Shown one piece after another: positions 23,078-34,520 of a stretch of 64,000 nucleotides of DNA. Source of the stretch: Guillardia theta CCMP2712 (Eukaryota; Protista; Cryptophyta); contig NW_005434605.1 in NCBI RefSeq assembly GCF_000315625.1, positions 238,407-302,406 on the forward strand, read 5' to 3'. Below the pieces are notes generated by a model. That model did no database searches, was not told the DNA's origin, and saw nothing but the letters and a program-made list of their open reading frames with translations. The translations under genes were made by a program, and so were the position numbers. Every line of letters begins with the position of its first letter. Within the stretch, counting starts at the first letter, position 1.

Positions 23078-25166
23078 TTACATCTTTGATCTCTTGGTTG
23101 CCAACTTCTGAATGTTCTCGTAAAGACCTTATGGGTCGTGTCAGGGTAACTCGGTGAATTCACTTGTTGCAAGATACCCGATGAGATCGTCAGCGTCCCT
23201 GCCTTGAGGTTCTTGTCTCGATTCCGCTTCTCGATCTCTCCCGGGAGCACAACAGTGGGTCCACTCTTCTTCACATGAGCACAGATCTGTCACGCGTTTC
23301 GAGTCAGCCCCTCAAAGCACATCAGCCTTCCCCTCATCACTTCTGCTACTCGTTGCTTGTAGAGCTGTGTGGGCATCAGCAGCTTAGGGTCGAGGGCAAT
23401 CACCAAGTTTGCCCAGTTCTTCTCTCGCCACTGCGAACATGCACTGAAAAGCAGGGAGCGACAGCAGGAGGGGTTTACCTTCCTTCCTGTGCCTACATGT
23501 GCCTCCTCAGTCCCTCCGGGAATCGCTCCCCAGCACAGAGCCTGACAGGTCGCATGTCAGGAGCCTTGACAGCTGACTTGCTGCTGCTTGTGTCACCTGC
23601 GTCAGAAGCTCCACCACGAGGCTGAGCCCTGCCCCCTGCCGAGACCTTCAATCCCCGCGCTCAAACGAGGGGATCCCAAACCTTGTAGCCTCCGAAGGCG
23701 AGGAAGGCTCCTTTGAGCGCTTCGTCGGGATCTCTGGTCGGCTTCCCGTCCCTGTCGACGGCAACCTGGTGGGCAGGAAGGTGAGAAGAGTCTGACTTCA
23801 ACAAGGCGGTTGAGACCCCAGGAGGGAGGAGCTGGGAAGCGGCCTTAGCGCTGACAGTACCAAACAACTGCCAGCTTCTCAGCCTCCCGCCTCAGTCCCG
23901 CAGGCCTCTACCGTAGTAGCGGCCGTCGCCATATCCAATATGAGAGGGCCGTCTTCTGGACCAGGGATCCCAAAGCAACTTGCTCGTAACGGTCAGCCAT
24001 TCAGCGCCCATTCCACCGCTTCTCACATGGCGTTTGTCCCAAAGACAGCCTGCTTGCCTCCGACCGGCGCCACCATCTCGGGGCTGCCAGCCATCACGAT
24101 TGCGATCAGATCCTGAGCAGAGTGAGGGAAGACCCAGGGAACAGCGAGGAGATGATGAGGGGAGAAGAGCGAGGAGATGATGAGGGGAGGAAGAGCGAGG
24201 AGATGATGAGGGGAGGAAGAGCGAGGAGACAAGGATGAAAGAGGGGGGGAGGAAATCGAGGAGAGAAGCAAGGAGGAAACGTCAGTCTGCATGGACTATA
24301 GCAAACTAAAGGATTCCTCACTTCATTGGCGATCTTCGACGTGTAGTAGGCCAGCATGCCAGTGGACGTGTAGGTGTTGTGAGTACCGCAGATCGCAAAC
24401 CCTGTTGCCTTTGCCTTCTGCAGCGCCTTCTCCACTGCCTGCACCAACCGCATCTCCCCCAGGGTCCTCGGGCACGAACAACTTCACCGTCTCGAGTGCA
24501 ACCATTCCCGAGCGCTTGTTTCCGTTCACAACTGTGACAGACGGCGCGTGAGCGATGGATACCTCACAAGAGCGAAGAGAGGATCATCACCGACACTCTG
24601 GGGAGTCTCGTTCTCAAAAATGAGCGGGCCGGCCTGAGGGCGGATACTGACTCGTGACCTTCACATCAGTGAGGGTGGAGGACCTGGGGGTTGAAGCCCA
24701 TGTCTTGCGGCCGGTAGAGCTTTGAGATTCCCTGGTTGTTGTTGTGGATCTCCGCAAACATCATGACCCTGGGAGGTAGCAGAGGAGAGCATCAGGCAGC
24801 AGTGGTCTATGACCCCTCCGACCCACCTCGTCATGATCTCGGCATCGCTCGGAGAGTAGCCGAGGTTGCATACTGCCTGGTAGACGAGTTTCTCAAGCTC
24901 CTGCAGATCATGCCTGTCAAAGAACGGGTTTCCAACAGCGCGCCCCTTCGTCTCCTTCTGTTTCTTTCTCTCTTCCTTGATCACCATGACCGTCTCCTCC
25001 TCCTCCTCTCCTTCTCTCCTTCTCTTCTTGCTCTTCTTCTTCTCCTTCTTCTTCTCCTTCTTCTTCTCTTCCTCCTTCCTCCTCCTCCTCCTCCTCCTCA
25101 CTACCACCACCACCATCGTCAGCAGCAGCAGCAGGATCTTACCTCACGCTTGACCGTAGCCGACAT
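23078..25166 (-). CDS. Ldh_2-family (type 2 malate/L-lactate dehydrogenase-like) oxidoreductase with C-terminal SKM; multi-exon
   Basis: AVEKALQKAKATGFAICGTHN, GMLAYY, VAPVGGKQAVFGTNAICFGIP, LILDMATA, VDRDGKPTRDPDEALKG, FGGYKGSGLSLVVELL and VVLPGE. The last exon ends NIQKLATKRSKM*. Confidence 0.9.
24144..24229. repeat. Intronic minisatellite, ~26-nt unit x3
   Basis: gcgaggagatgatgaggggag(g)aaga repeated three times. Confidence 0.85.
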
Positions 25167-25254
25167 GGAGGCCGAGAAACTTTCAAACTTTCGGATTTTT
25201 CAGAAACTTTGCAAACTTTCAACTTCCAGATTTTCTGCGCCCGATGCTGGCCAT
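25167..25254. promoter_or_regulatory. Very short bidirectional promoter region with four AAACTTT copies
   Basis: 88 nt separate the divergent ATGs (25166 on -, 25255 on +). AAACTTT occurs at 25177, 25185, 25204 and 25213. Confidence 0.55.
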
Positions 25255-27541
25255 ATGCAGGCCGTCATAGCCATTATGACCCTCCTGTTGAGGTAGCGCC
25301 ATGCTGGGGGGGAAGAGGAAGAGAAGGAGCGCAGGAACGATCCCCCCCACCGTCAGGTTCTACGACCATCACGCTGCTCATCCTTGATGCTCTCTAGCAG
25401 GTTTCTATGCGACTCTCTCCTCTACGTCGCCTGCTTCGCTGGTCTGTTCCTGGTGGTGAAGTATGTCAGCATGCCGAGCAAGCCCAAGAAAAGCATCCGG
25501 ATGGACGTCTTCGAGATCCGAGACGAGCCAGAGGTGACAGTCAGACTTGATGCTTCCTTCCCCGGTCCCGGTGACGCTTGTTCCATTTGCACAGACACGG
25601 TCTCGGGCCAACGACACGATCAGTACCTTGACCTCTCTCCATCCCTCCACGCTCAAACTTGGAGCAGACGTGAAACTGCACATGTCGAACGTGACGAGGC
25701 AGCAGCAGGCTGCCAATCATCACTCGTCAGGTGGCGCCTTGCCGACTTCGCACATCCATAGCTCGGTCCACCGCTACGTGTTCTGGGGGAGCTTCTTCTT
25801 CGGGGGATACATCATCGCAAGCTTGACCTTGGGACGGTGATCTCAGACATGTTGAGGGAGAGCGTCACTCGAACATGCCCAGGTACATCGCCAAGTTCAT
25901 GAAGGCGGCGAGGAGGCCTCTATTCCAATTGTGCGTAGGATGATGGGGGGAGGGGGGAGGGGGAGGGGTTTGAGCGACTGTGACCATCTTTCCTTGCAGG
26001 AGGGGGAGGAAGCTGTCGATTGTCCATTTCATAGAGATGATCTTCGTGTGCTTCTCACTGGGATGCGTTGGTATGTGATATGACAAGCTCTCTTCCTATC
26101 GTGAGGCTTCGCAGAGGGCTGCACGATCATACATCATTACCTCATCGTCCCGCTGCTGTGCAATGGTGCAGAGGTCCTGATCAAGCACCTCCCGCCATGC
26201 AGACACAGCACTTCTTGGTTCCTCATTCACTTCTGCCCGTCTCTTTACTTCCATGTTTGCTTCTACTTCAACTGGTCCGCCAACTTCCCCCCGTCCTCCC
26301 CTCAGCAAGGTGCAGGTACATGTGCATCTTTGGTACGAAGCCGTCCGCCTGCCACGACGAGGGCAGCGAGAGGTAGCATCCTGTGATGTGGGAGAGGCAG
26401 GATGAGAGATGAGATGAGCAGGGTGTCCTCGGAGGATCGAGTGGACGACGAGCATTGGAGCTACACGGTACCCACCTCAGCTCACTTCCGGTCTGACTCG
26501 CTCCAGTTGGAAGCAGGGGATCTCGAGCAGGTTGAGAAGAAGAAAAAGGCGAGCGTTTCAATTCCTTGATTCTCCAGCTGATGTCCGTCCTTCTCAGGGG
26601 CCACTGGGAACCGACGGGGACCTTGCTCGAGGGCACTTCTGCTCCGTCTGTGCGAGCTATGTGGTGCGAACGGCAGTAGTTGCCTTCACTCCATCCCCCA
26701 GCTCTGCTCTGCTGTTCAGCTTCACCTCAACCTTTGCGATTCAATGTCTCCGTGCTGCCCCTCTCTGCTATCCCTCCTCTTCGTTCCTGTTCGCTCTCAA
26801 TTCAATCATGGGTCTGATCCCATCCCTGCATCGGGCAGGTCCGATGCGACCACCACTGTCCTTTCCTCGGTGTTTGCGTTGGGGCGCACAATCAAATTTA
26901 CTTCTTTGCGATGATGGTGAGAGCGATAGCGGGGAGATAGCGGGAGGAGAGGGGAGGTGAACTTCGTGGACAGTTGCAGATGTCTCTCTCCATGATCTAC
27001 GGCAGCCTGCTCGTCATTCCTGCCTCAGGTTAGCAGCTCGACTCTGAGGCGCATGACTCAAGGTTGTCAAAGTTGCATGTCAGCTCTCTGAGACCGTCAA
27101 GTTGTCCTCCGAAGGTCCTCCCATGAGCAAGGAGACTCGTTCTCAACTTCGCCCCGCAGCCAATCAGAAATGTTTCGCACTGTCTGCGGTATCCGTCGCC
27201 GTCGTCTTCGTGGCGATGGTGATTTCCGCCTTCACCTTCATCGTAAGTTCAGCATGGGAGGCTCCAACTTGTGGCTGACTTCCTACAGGTCTTCTTCCTC
27301 CTTGCCTGCAACCTCACCATGCGCGAAGCTCTCATGATCGACATGTACAAGTACAAGATCGGCTTCACCAGGTGCCTGCATTCCCGTGTTCGGCCTCTTT
27401 TCACGCCCCACCATCAGCGTTGTGCGGGAGATCTGGCGAAAGGCTCCAGTTTCGGAGAACCTCCAGGTCGCCTTCGGCCCGAGGAAGGGATGGTGGAAGC
27501 TGCTGCTCCCTATGAAGCGAGCAAGTCTGAGAGTGGTTTGA
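25255..27541 (+). CDS. DHHC-type protein S-acyltransferase (palmitoyltransferase); multi-exon
   Basis: ARGHFCSVCASYV is spliced to RCDHHCPFLGVCVGAHNQIYFF, followed by NLTMRE and ENLQVAFG...WWKLLLP, with several hydrophobic segments. Confidence 0.88.
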
Positions 27542-27720
27542 CTCCTTGCTCTTCGTGTTCAAATCTGAGCGTTGTGACTAGATGCCTCTCAACCTCCCCA
27601 AAGAAAGTGATCTTTCCGTGCGAGGAGTGTACTGGTAGTGAACATGAACGTCTGTGAGAGCACTTGTGACGGCCTTCAGCCATGTCTCATCCTTTTCTTC
27701 GCTCCTTCATTATCGCCAAT

Positions 27721-29470
27721 CTACTTCCCTTGCTCTAGCTTAGCCAGTCGCCCCTCCAGGTTGGCAAGGTTGCTCGCCATCACCTGCATGTTGGACCTGC
27801 CGATCTCTCAGTCGTTATCTCGGATTTGAGCCTCATCCTCACTCGAGCGACGCCGTGACTTTCTCCATCGCAGACTCCTGTGCTTCGAGCAGGCTCGACG
27901 TCCTGGCACAACGTCAACATCGGAGCGGGCCCGTCACATGCTGAGCGACCTTGAGCTCAAGTTCCTGAGAGATGCCACGTCAGACACTATCCTGCTGGCC
28001 TCGTCGTGCAGACTCTGAGAGACGAACAATCAGGCATTCATTCAGTTCCCACCCTTGTGTCCTCCACAAGTCACTCACCCCCAAGGATCGCAGTCGCTGT
28101 ATCAGGGTAGGCAACGTCATGGCCACACTGTCCCACCGCTCGACAGTCTCAGCGAGTCCTGCTAGCTGACTGTACTCGGAATCAGCCTCTGCACCCTGCG
28201 ATGATGGCTTGCTGGGCTTCTGGCTACTCCTCCCCACTTTCTGCAACCGCTGCTCGAGCGCATTCACTTGCTTCGCGACCGCCTCGAGGGTTCCAGGCTC
28301 CACCTGCATGGCCATGACGATCCGAAGGAAAGAGGCACATAGCGAACCAGAGCAAGTCTCTTCTCCAAGTTGTCAAGAGCGCAACTGATGTCAGGGTACA
28401 CGCCTGCCATGTCGCCGTCTCCCAGGGTCCTGCGCGAGAGTTGAACTCTCGACCAGCGCAGAAACGAGCAGAAAGACCTTTCAAGCTGCGAGATGCGCGA
28501 GTCCAGAGACAGGAAGCTGATAACATCCCGTTTGTGTGCTACGTCAGTCGCTTCCTCCTTGTTCTGCTCTGCGGTTTTGGTCGCCACGTCCGATTTCTGC
28601 CATGGGGATTCACCAGTGGAGCTGGGGCAGGAAGGCACAAGGGCTATGTGCACCTTCAAGTTCTCGACGACGTCCAAGACACTCTTTGGCGCAGACTTGT
28701 CTCTCACTGGAATGCTGTTTGTTCTTGAATCAAGAGTTTTCAGCCGCTCCACCAAACCTGCCACCTGCCGCCCACAGCCGTCAGCGGCAGCATGGAAGGG
28801 GGCTACTGGCTGCCTCTTGCTTCAGTTGCGATGGAAACAATAAGTTCACGTCCTGCCCTTCTTGTTCGCACTCATGCTCTGCTTGCAACAGATCTCTCTC
28901 TAGATCCTGGACCTCGGCCATCTATGGGGAGTTGATGAGCAATTCGTCGTTGAAGCTGAGAGGCTCACCAATCTACTGTATCGGTCCACAGGAGTCTCGA
29001 ACCTCCTTTCCTCACACCCCAAGACCCGATAATCTCCTCTCTTCCACATTTGACCTGAGCTTGAGAAATTCTTCTCAGCGGTCAGAGCCGTCACCTCCTT
29101 CTTCTGCTCGTCGAGTCAGCAAGGGCAACATGCTAGGAAGTAGTCCATCCCACCTGAAAGAGGCTCCTCGCCTTCGCCGGCTCTAGCGGTCCTCGATCTA
29201 TCCCTGGCGGATTGGACGGTTTCCTCTCACGCTCCCCCTTCCTGCAGGAGGGCAGTCAGCGAGGAGGGGAGCAGCAAAGTTGGTGCATGTTGCTTGCCTC
29301 CCAACTTCCAGCTCTTTCTCCATGAGAGAGATCTCCATCTCCCGCTCCCGCTCATCCTCTCCTCCATCCTCGTCGAGAACATTTCCAGGGCTTTCGAAGA
29401 TCTCCTGCTCCTCGTCCTCTCGTATCCCCAGCTCTTCCTTGGTCAACCTCCTCCTCCCTGTGATCGCCAT
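27721..29470 (-). CDS. DCTN2: Dynactin subunit 2 (p50 dynamitin); multi-exon
   Basis: QEIFES, ETPVDRYSRL, LDSRISQLER, LPTLIQRLRSLGSLHDEA and terminal SNMQVMASNLANLEGRLAKL match dynamitin (cf. ETPQQKYQRL, LPELVQRL...LHEQA). Confidence 0.85.
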
Positions 29471-29953
29471 TCTGCTGGCCACACCCCAGTCAGAGAAAGT
29501 CTCAGTGAATGCCACCGGGCCCGGCTGTTCGGACTCCGCCGGACTCGTTGGCCCCGCACACTGCCGGCATTTTCATAGCTTTTCACCCGCCGTCCGTTTC
29601 GTGGTCATTTTTGTAGCGGTACCCCTACCCACGAATGCACTGAGAATCTCAGGGAAAATGGGGGTACTCTCTTCCTGAGGACGTGTGGCCCCTTGGACCA
29701 GCCGCCGAGTTGGGCAATGGCAGTCCTGTTGAAGGGCAGTCTCCTCTTGCCGCTGTTCCCACGCAGAGACAACAACCTGCCTTCACTTCCTTGTGTCCTC
29801 TGAAGTCAGAGGCCTGCAAGGCTTCCCGCCATGAGCTTCCTCCTGTCCTTCGCCTCGTCCGATCTTGACCGGCCGCCAGTTATTGAGGTAGTAGCAGACT
29901 CGCTGTCTTGGTTCAGATCAGTTCATTGGAGCCCTTCAAGAGCCTGGTGAGGA

Positions 29954-32059
29954 ATGAAAAACTATCCATGCAGGGCAGAAATATCGATACATCTTTCTTT
30001 GACCTTGTGGGTTTTGCTTTCAATTACCATGCGAACGAACATGGGTATGGTTGTTGAAGGGATGCAATTGAGGAGCAGCAGCACGGACTTTCAGGCTGTT
30101 GAGACTCCTCAGCCACCAGGGCAGGCATACTTCAGCAGCAGCAGCAGCAGCAGCAGCAGCATGCTTGAAAGTGCCCTTGAGACCACCTCAGAGCCGGCAG
30201 AGCAGGCCTTCAGCAGCAGCAGCAACAGCAGCAGCATGCTTGAAAACTTGATTGAGACAACTCCTCAGGAACCAGAGCAAGCATTATTCAGCAGCAGCAG
30301 TAGTACCAGCATGCTGGGAAATGCCCTTGAGACCACCTCAGAGACAGCAGAGCAGGCCTTCAGCAGCAGCAGCAGCAGCAGCGTACCTGAGACTACCACT
30401 AGTCCCCTTCCTGCTCCTGCATACAGCTCAACAACTGCACAGAGAGCTTCGGGCACGATCTCAACCACCTCAAGACATCAGCATGACAGCAGCTCCTCCA
30501 CCAGTGCGACTGAAGTTGGGATGAAAAGCACTGCCACTGTGCTGCAAGACTATCTTAGCACTTCAACGAACATCTCGGATGCTCATCAGTTGTCCTCTGC
30601 TTTTGTGAATCCCGAGCAGACGCCGACGTTGTTGCTGGAATGGTCTTCTAGCATTACCTCGTTCTCAACATCTCGGGAACTCGCAGCAGAAATTCAGGTG
30701 ATCAGTACCTCGCCGGTTCAAGTCGCGCAACCAGCTCCCAGCCCTCCTGAGACAGCCAAGGTGGTAATCTCAGTCATACTGCCATTGACCGTCGAGGAGT
30801 TTTCAAAGGTGCAGGGCTCATACCTGCAATCAGTCGCGGCTGCAGCTCGAGTCTCTGTTGACATGGTCGAGATCGTTGAAGTCAAGTCAGTCAGCCTGCG
30901 GCGGAGCGGGGACCGCTCTCTGCTCGCGCAGGGTGTCAGTGTTCTTACCAGTATCACCGTTCCCAAGACCGAGATGAGCAGACTTGTATCAGATGTTCAG
31001 CTGGGGGCTCTCAATGCTGAGCTGATCAAGAATGGCCTGCCTCCCGCATCACAGCTGGTGATGGTGGAGGCGGGGGCATTGGTGCTGACTACCACTCCTC
31101 CACCACAAGGGCCCAACCAACTCGTGCTTGGCATCGTTGCTGCAAGTTCGTTGCTAGCAAGTTTCGTCCTGGTGTTCTCGTTCAAGAGCGTTTATAACAA
31201 AAGGGCCGAGTGGAAGAGTGTGAAGATTATTCCACTTGACAATGGGGAGAGTGAGGAAGAATCCGGGAGGACACGCCCGAAGGACATCACAGCTGGACAG
31301 GAACTGGAGACAGTCACCGTCGATAAAGTCACTCCAATGGGAGTCTCAGTACACGAGCGGCCGTCGCTGACAAGCCCTGTCATCTATTGGTTAGAGTACG
31401 GGAGCTGCGTCTTTGAGCTTGGGAGACATGCTGACCCCATGGGAGGGTCTTGGATCAGACATGAGAGAGGATGGTCCCTCCCTCCGCACCCTACAGCCTT
31501 GCGCACCATCGTCGTGAGGCATGCTGCTGACCATAGTCGTCGTAGAGTATCCATGAGACGCGCAAGATTGAAGCCTTTGCCGGACCTGTTGTCAGATGCT
31601 GGGCAGTCAGCTGGAGGAGGCGTCGAGGAAATCGAGTCTCCTAGACATCAGATGGTGATCTCACCTACCGAGACCAACGGACGAGCAGATTCAAAACCAG
31701 GAAACTTGTCGCACGTGCGGAGACGCCGTGAGTTGACATGGAAGGCTCTCCCGGATCCCAACGTGCTGCTGGTGGAGGGTGACACAGACGACAGCGTGAG
31801 AGAGTCCAGTAGGGAAAAGAGCCCCTTGCCAAAGTCTCGCCTGAAAGCCCTCCCGGACCCTCTGAGTCCGAGAGGAGACGATGAGCTTCAAGATCAGCAT
31901 CCACTCACTCCAGTCAGCCAGGGGCAGCTCGACCAAGGGGAGAACGAGCATGAGCTGTCTGGTGAGACCGATGTCAGTAGCAGGAGAGCTCGATCCCGTC
32001 GTAGGCTTCGATCCTTGCCGTCACTTCTGCCCGCCTCTCGGCGGCCAGTATCTTCCTGA
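29954..32059 (+). CDS. Mucin-like Ser/Thr-rich type I membrane protein with juxtamembrane 'RR..LL' module and long cytoplasmic tail
   Basis: 701-aa ORF with a hydrophobic N-terminus, S/T/E repeats, LPLTVEEF...AAAARVS...LRRSGDRSLLA...LNAELIKNGLP and a single TM segment (LVLGIVAASSLLASFVLVF). Confidence 0.75.
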   Translation: MKNYPCRAEISIHLSLTLWVLLSITMRTNMGMVVEGMQLRSSSTDFQAVETPQPPGQAYFSSSSSSSSSMLESALETTSEPAEQAFSSSSNSSSMLENLIETTPQEPEQALFSSSSSTSMLGNALETTSETAEQAFSSSSSSSVPETTTSPLPAPAYSSTTAQRASGTISTTSRHQHDSSSSTSATEVGMKSTATVLQDYLSTSTNISDAHQLSSAFVNPEQTPTLLLEWSSSITSFSTSRELAAEIQVISTSPVQVAQPAPSPPETAKVVISVILPLTVEEFSKVQGSYLQSVAAAARVSVDMVEIVEVKSVSLRRSGDRSLLAQGVSVLTSITVPKTEMSRLVSDVQLGALNAELIKNGLPPASQLVMVEAGALVLTTTPPPQGPNQLVLGIVAASSLLASFVLVFSFKSVYNKRAEWKSVKIIPLDNGESEEESGRTRPKDITAGQELETVTVDKVTPMGVSVHERPSLTSPVIYWLEYGSCVFELGRHADPMGGSWIRHERGWSLPPHPTALRTIVVRHAADHSRRRVSMRRARLKPLPDLLSDAGQSAGGGVEEIESPRHQMVISPTETNGRADSKPGNLSHVRRRRELTWKALPDPNVLLVEGDTDDSVRESSREKSPLPKSRLKALPDPLSPRGDDELQDQHPLTPVSQGQLDQGENEHELSGETDVSSRRARSRRRLRSLPSLLPASRRPVSS
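30100..30400 (+). repeat. Coding tandem repeat (ETT-x-E-x-x-EQAFSSSS...MLEN) x4 containing (AGC)n tracts
   Basis: Four related units are visible in both DNA and translation. Confidence 0.85.
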
Positions 32060-32342
32060 CATGTGTTACTACACCTATTTTCCCGAAAGTTTGTCGTACG
32101 AAGAGGAAGCAGAAAGTAAGGAAACGAGACACTGAGGGGAGAGAAGAAGAGGAGAGGTCAAAAGGGAGCCTCGGAGTCAGCACTAGTGTCTCTTGCAGCC
32201 CGGCCGTGTTGCTGAGCGCGGCGGGCCGGGCCCGGGCCGGTAGTTTCTGCCCTTCTCCTGTATGAGATCTGCTCTAATTCAGTCCTGCTGTCCTCCACTA
32301 AACCTTTAGTTAGGAGTAGGTCCTCGTCTATTTTCGGCTGCC

Positions 32343-33931
32343 ATGGCGTTGTTGGTCGACAGGTGGCAGGAGGAGCAGGGAGGAGGCAGGAGCAAGTGAA
32401 GGAGCTGATCAGCACAAGCCTCGCGCAAGCTTACAGAATCTGCCTCTCTCCTCTCCTTGGCTGAGATACAAGGTTTGCTAGAAGGAATGCGATGAGCGAG
32501 GGGAGGAAGGCAGGGGAGTCCCATAGTTTGTTCAGGAGGAGAGAGCAGGGCGAGGGCTGGTATCACGTGACTCCCAAGGGAACGAGACCTGGTGATCCTG
32601 ACGCAGCCGTCAACTTGTACTGCATGCCGACCATGTCGTTCAAGGGTCCACCAGGTGCATAAGTAGGCCGACGATGGTGATGCATTGACTTGAGACCAGG
32701 GAAGAGAAAGATTATTCGCGGAGATGATTTTGTGGAGAGAGAGAGAGGAGGAAGTCTTCAAGAGGAGGCGAAAGCAAGACCATCTCGAGCGCCTACGCTA
32801 GAATCAAACTGCCTCTGGTGGTTGAACCTGACTGCCGCCCTCGTGGTGGTGGGGCTGGTGGCGGCGATGCTGACAGTGAGCAGAAGCCTTCTGATGACTC
32901 TGCTGAGCCTGTCCGCAGGTTGAGACATCTCTTCATCGAGGGCTGTTCAGAACCATCGCCTTCACTTTCACCATCCTCGCTGTGCTCTCATTCAGAAAGT
33001 ACGGCCAATGGCGAGTCATCATGGCCCGCAACGCCGGGGTTGCGATCCCGCACAAAAACAACGAGCTTGCGAGCCTGTTGTGGATAGAGGAGCTGAATGT
33101 TGAGATCTTGTCCTTGCTGTGCCTCGTCCCTTGCCCCTTGCCCTTGTGGTCTACAGGAGACCACGAGAGCAACTCGGAGGCCTGGCTGGTGATCTCTGTT
33201 CCCCCCATGTTGCCGCTCTTGACGCCTGCTATCAGATTCTCGTCATCCTCGTCCTCCGAACACTCTTTCTGCTTCGATGCTGCATACTGAACGACCCCTT
33301 GAATGTACGAGACCTTGACAGTTGCTCTCCGCCAGTCACTCGCTCTGCAGTCCGACGCCAGAAAGTTCTCACGCACCAACTGCGGACTCAGAAAGTACAG
33401 GATTGTGCTGATCTCTCGCTTCAGGAAGGATCCAAGGTGGCTGCTGAGCTTGTGGATGGTGCGCGTCTCTTGTACCTTGCGTTGGGGACCTTGATGGTCT
33501 CTTGCAGACTTGTTTGTTTGCATGCTCGTACCTGCTCCATGCTGCGGAGAAACCTTACGGTCTCGATGCCTCAATCTCCGACGTGCCATGATAGTTGCAA
33601 TGTCAGGCTCGTACTTCTCCGACTTCTTCAACTCTCTCGTGTACATTCTCGGGGTGTTCACCAAGGCTGGTGTTGCGCCTCAACTTCCCGTAACTCGTCT
33701 TGGAGGTGAAACCCCGATTGTCGTTCGTGTTCGACTTGTTGCTTCCCTGACATCTCTAATTTTACAGGATCAATTCTCATGTTCTCATGTTTCATGTCCA
33801 TCGTCTTACTTTGCATAACCTTCAACTTTCTTGTCTGCTTGGTGGATGTGGATGACGCTCTTCTGAGGTGCGAAGAATGGCTGTTGGTGTTGTTGGTGTT
33901 GTTGTTGGTGGTGGTGGTGGTGGTGGTGGTG

Positions 33932-33972
<41 letters not shown>

Positions 33973-34486
33973 CGTTGCTGTTGCCGTTGCCGTTGCAGTT
34001 GTTGTTGTTTTCCGCTGATTCTTTGGACAGGGTTGAACGTGCCCACCACGAAAACAGAATGAAATTGTTGCAAAGACTGCAGGCCGTTCGATGCATTGAG
34101 ATGTTCTATGTTGCGTCTCCAATGTACGCTCGTCTCCGCGACAAAGTGGGTCAACGTATCAAGAAAGAATCTGGTACATCAGCAAGAATTCTTCAAACTC
34201 CTGCTGATGGCATGTACACAGATCGTCGTGCAGTGCAAGGCTTTCAGCTGCAGGGAGAGATGAGAAGAAGTAGAGACTTGAGGTTGAATCGACTTTCTCG
34301 CACCCGACGCGCATCTTGATGTCATTTGTCAGGAATTACTTGAAGAGGTTCCGATGGATAGAAAGCGACGATGAAATGTTTGCTCTGACGACCATGAGCG
34401 CTGGGATAGAGAAGATGAAGGTGAAGCTGGATCAAGTGCAGGACGTTGTGACCAGCCTCGAGCTGGATGTAAGAGCAAGGAGATGA
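32343..34486 (+). CDS. Small-conductance Ca2+-activated K+ channel (SK/KCNN)-like 6TM protein with non-canonical pore; multi-exon
   Basis: The spliced sequence LVLRTLFLLRCCILNDPLNSDARKFS...RIVLISRFRKDPRWLLSLWM...SYLLHAAEKPY...DFFNSLVYILGVFTKAGVAPQLPVTRLGGSILM...QAVRCIEMFY aligns collinearly with SK S4, S4-S5, S5, pore, S6 and the calmodulin-binding region. Confidence 0.75.
33890..34010. repeat. Compound intronic microsatellite (GTT/GGT)n-(GTTGCT)n
   Basis: Directly visible inside an SK-gene intron. Confidence 0.9.
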
Positions 34487-34520
34487 TGTCAAGTTTAGTT
34501 GAAAAAAGGTCTAGTCCTCT

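Noticed and set aside
33658-34319. Poly-Q, poly-C, poly-L and poly-TA ORFs
   Set aside because: They arise from an intronic compound microsatellite in the SK-like gene.
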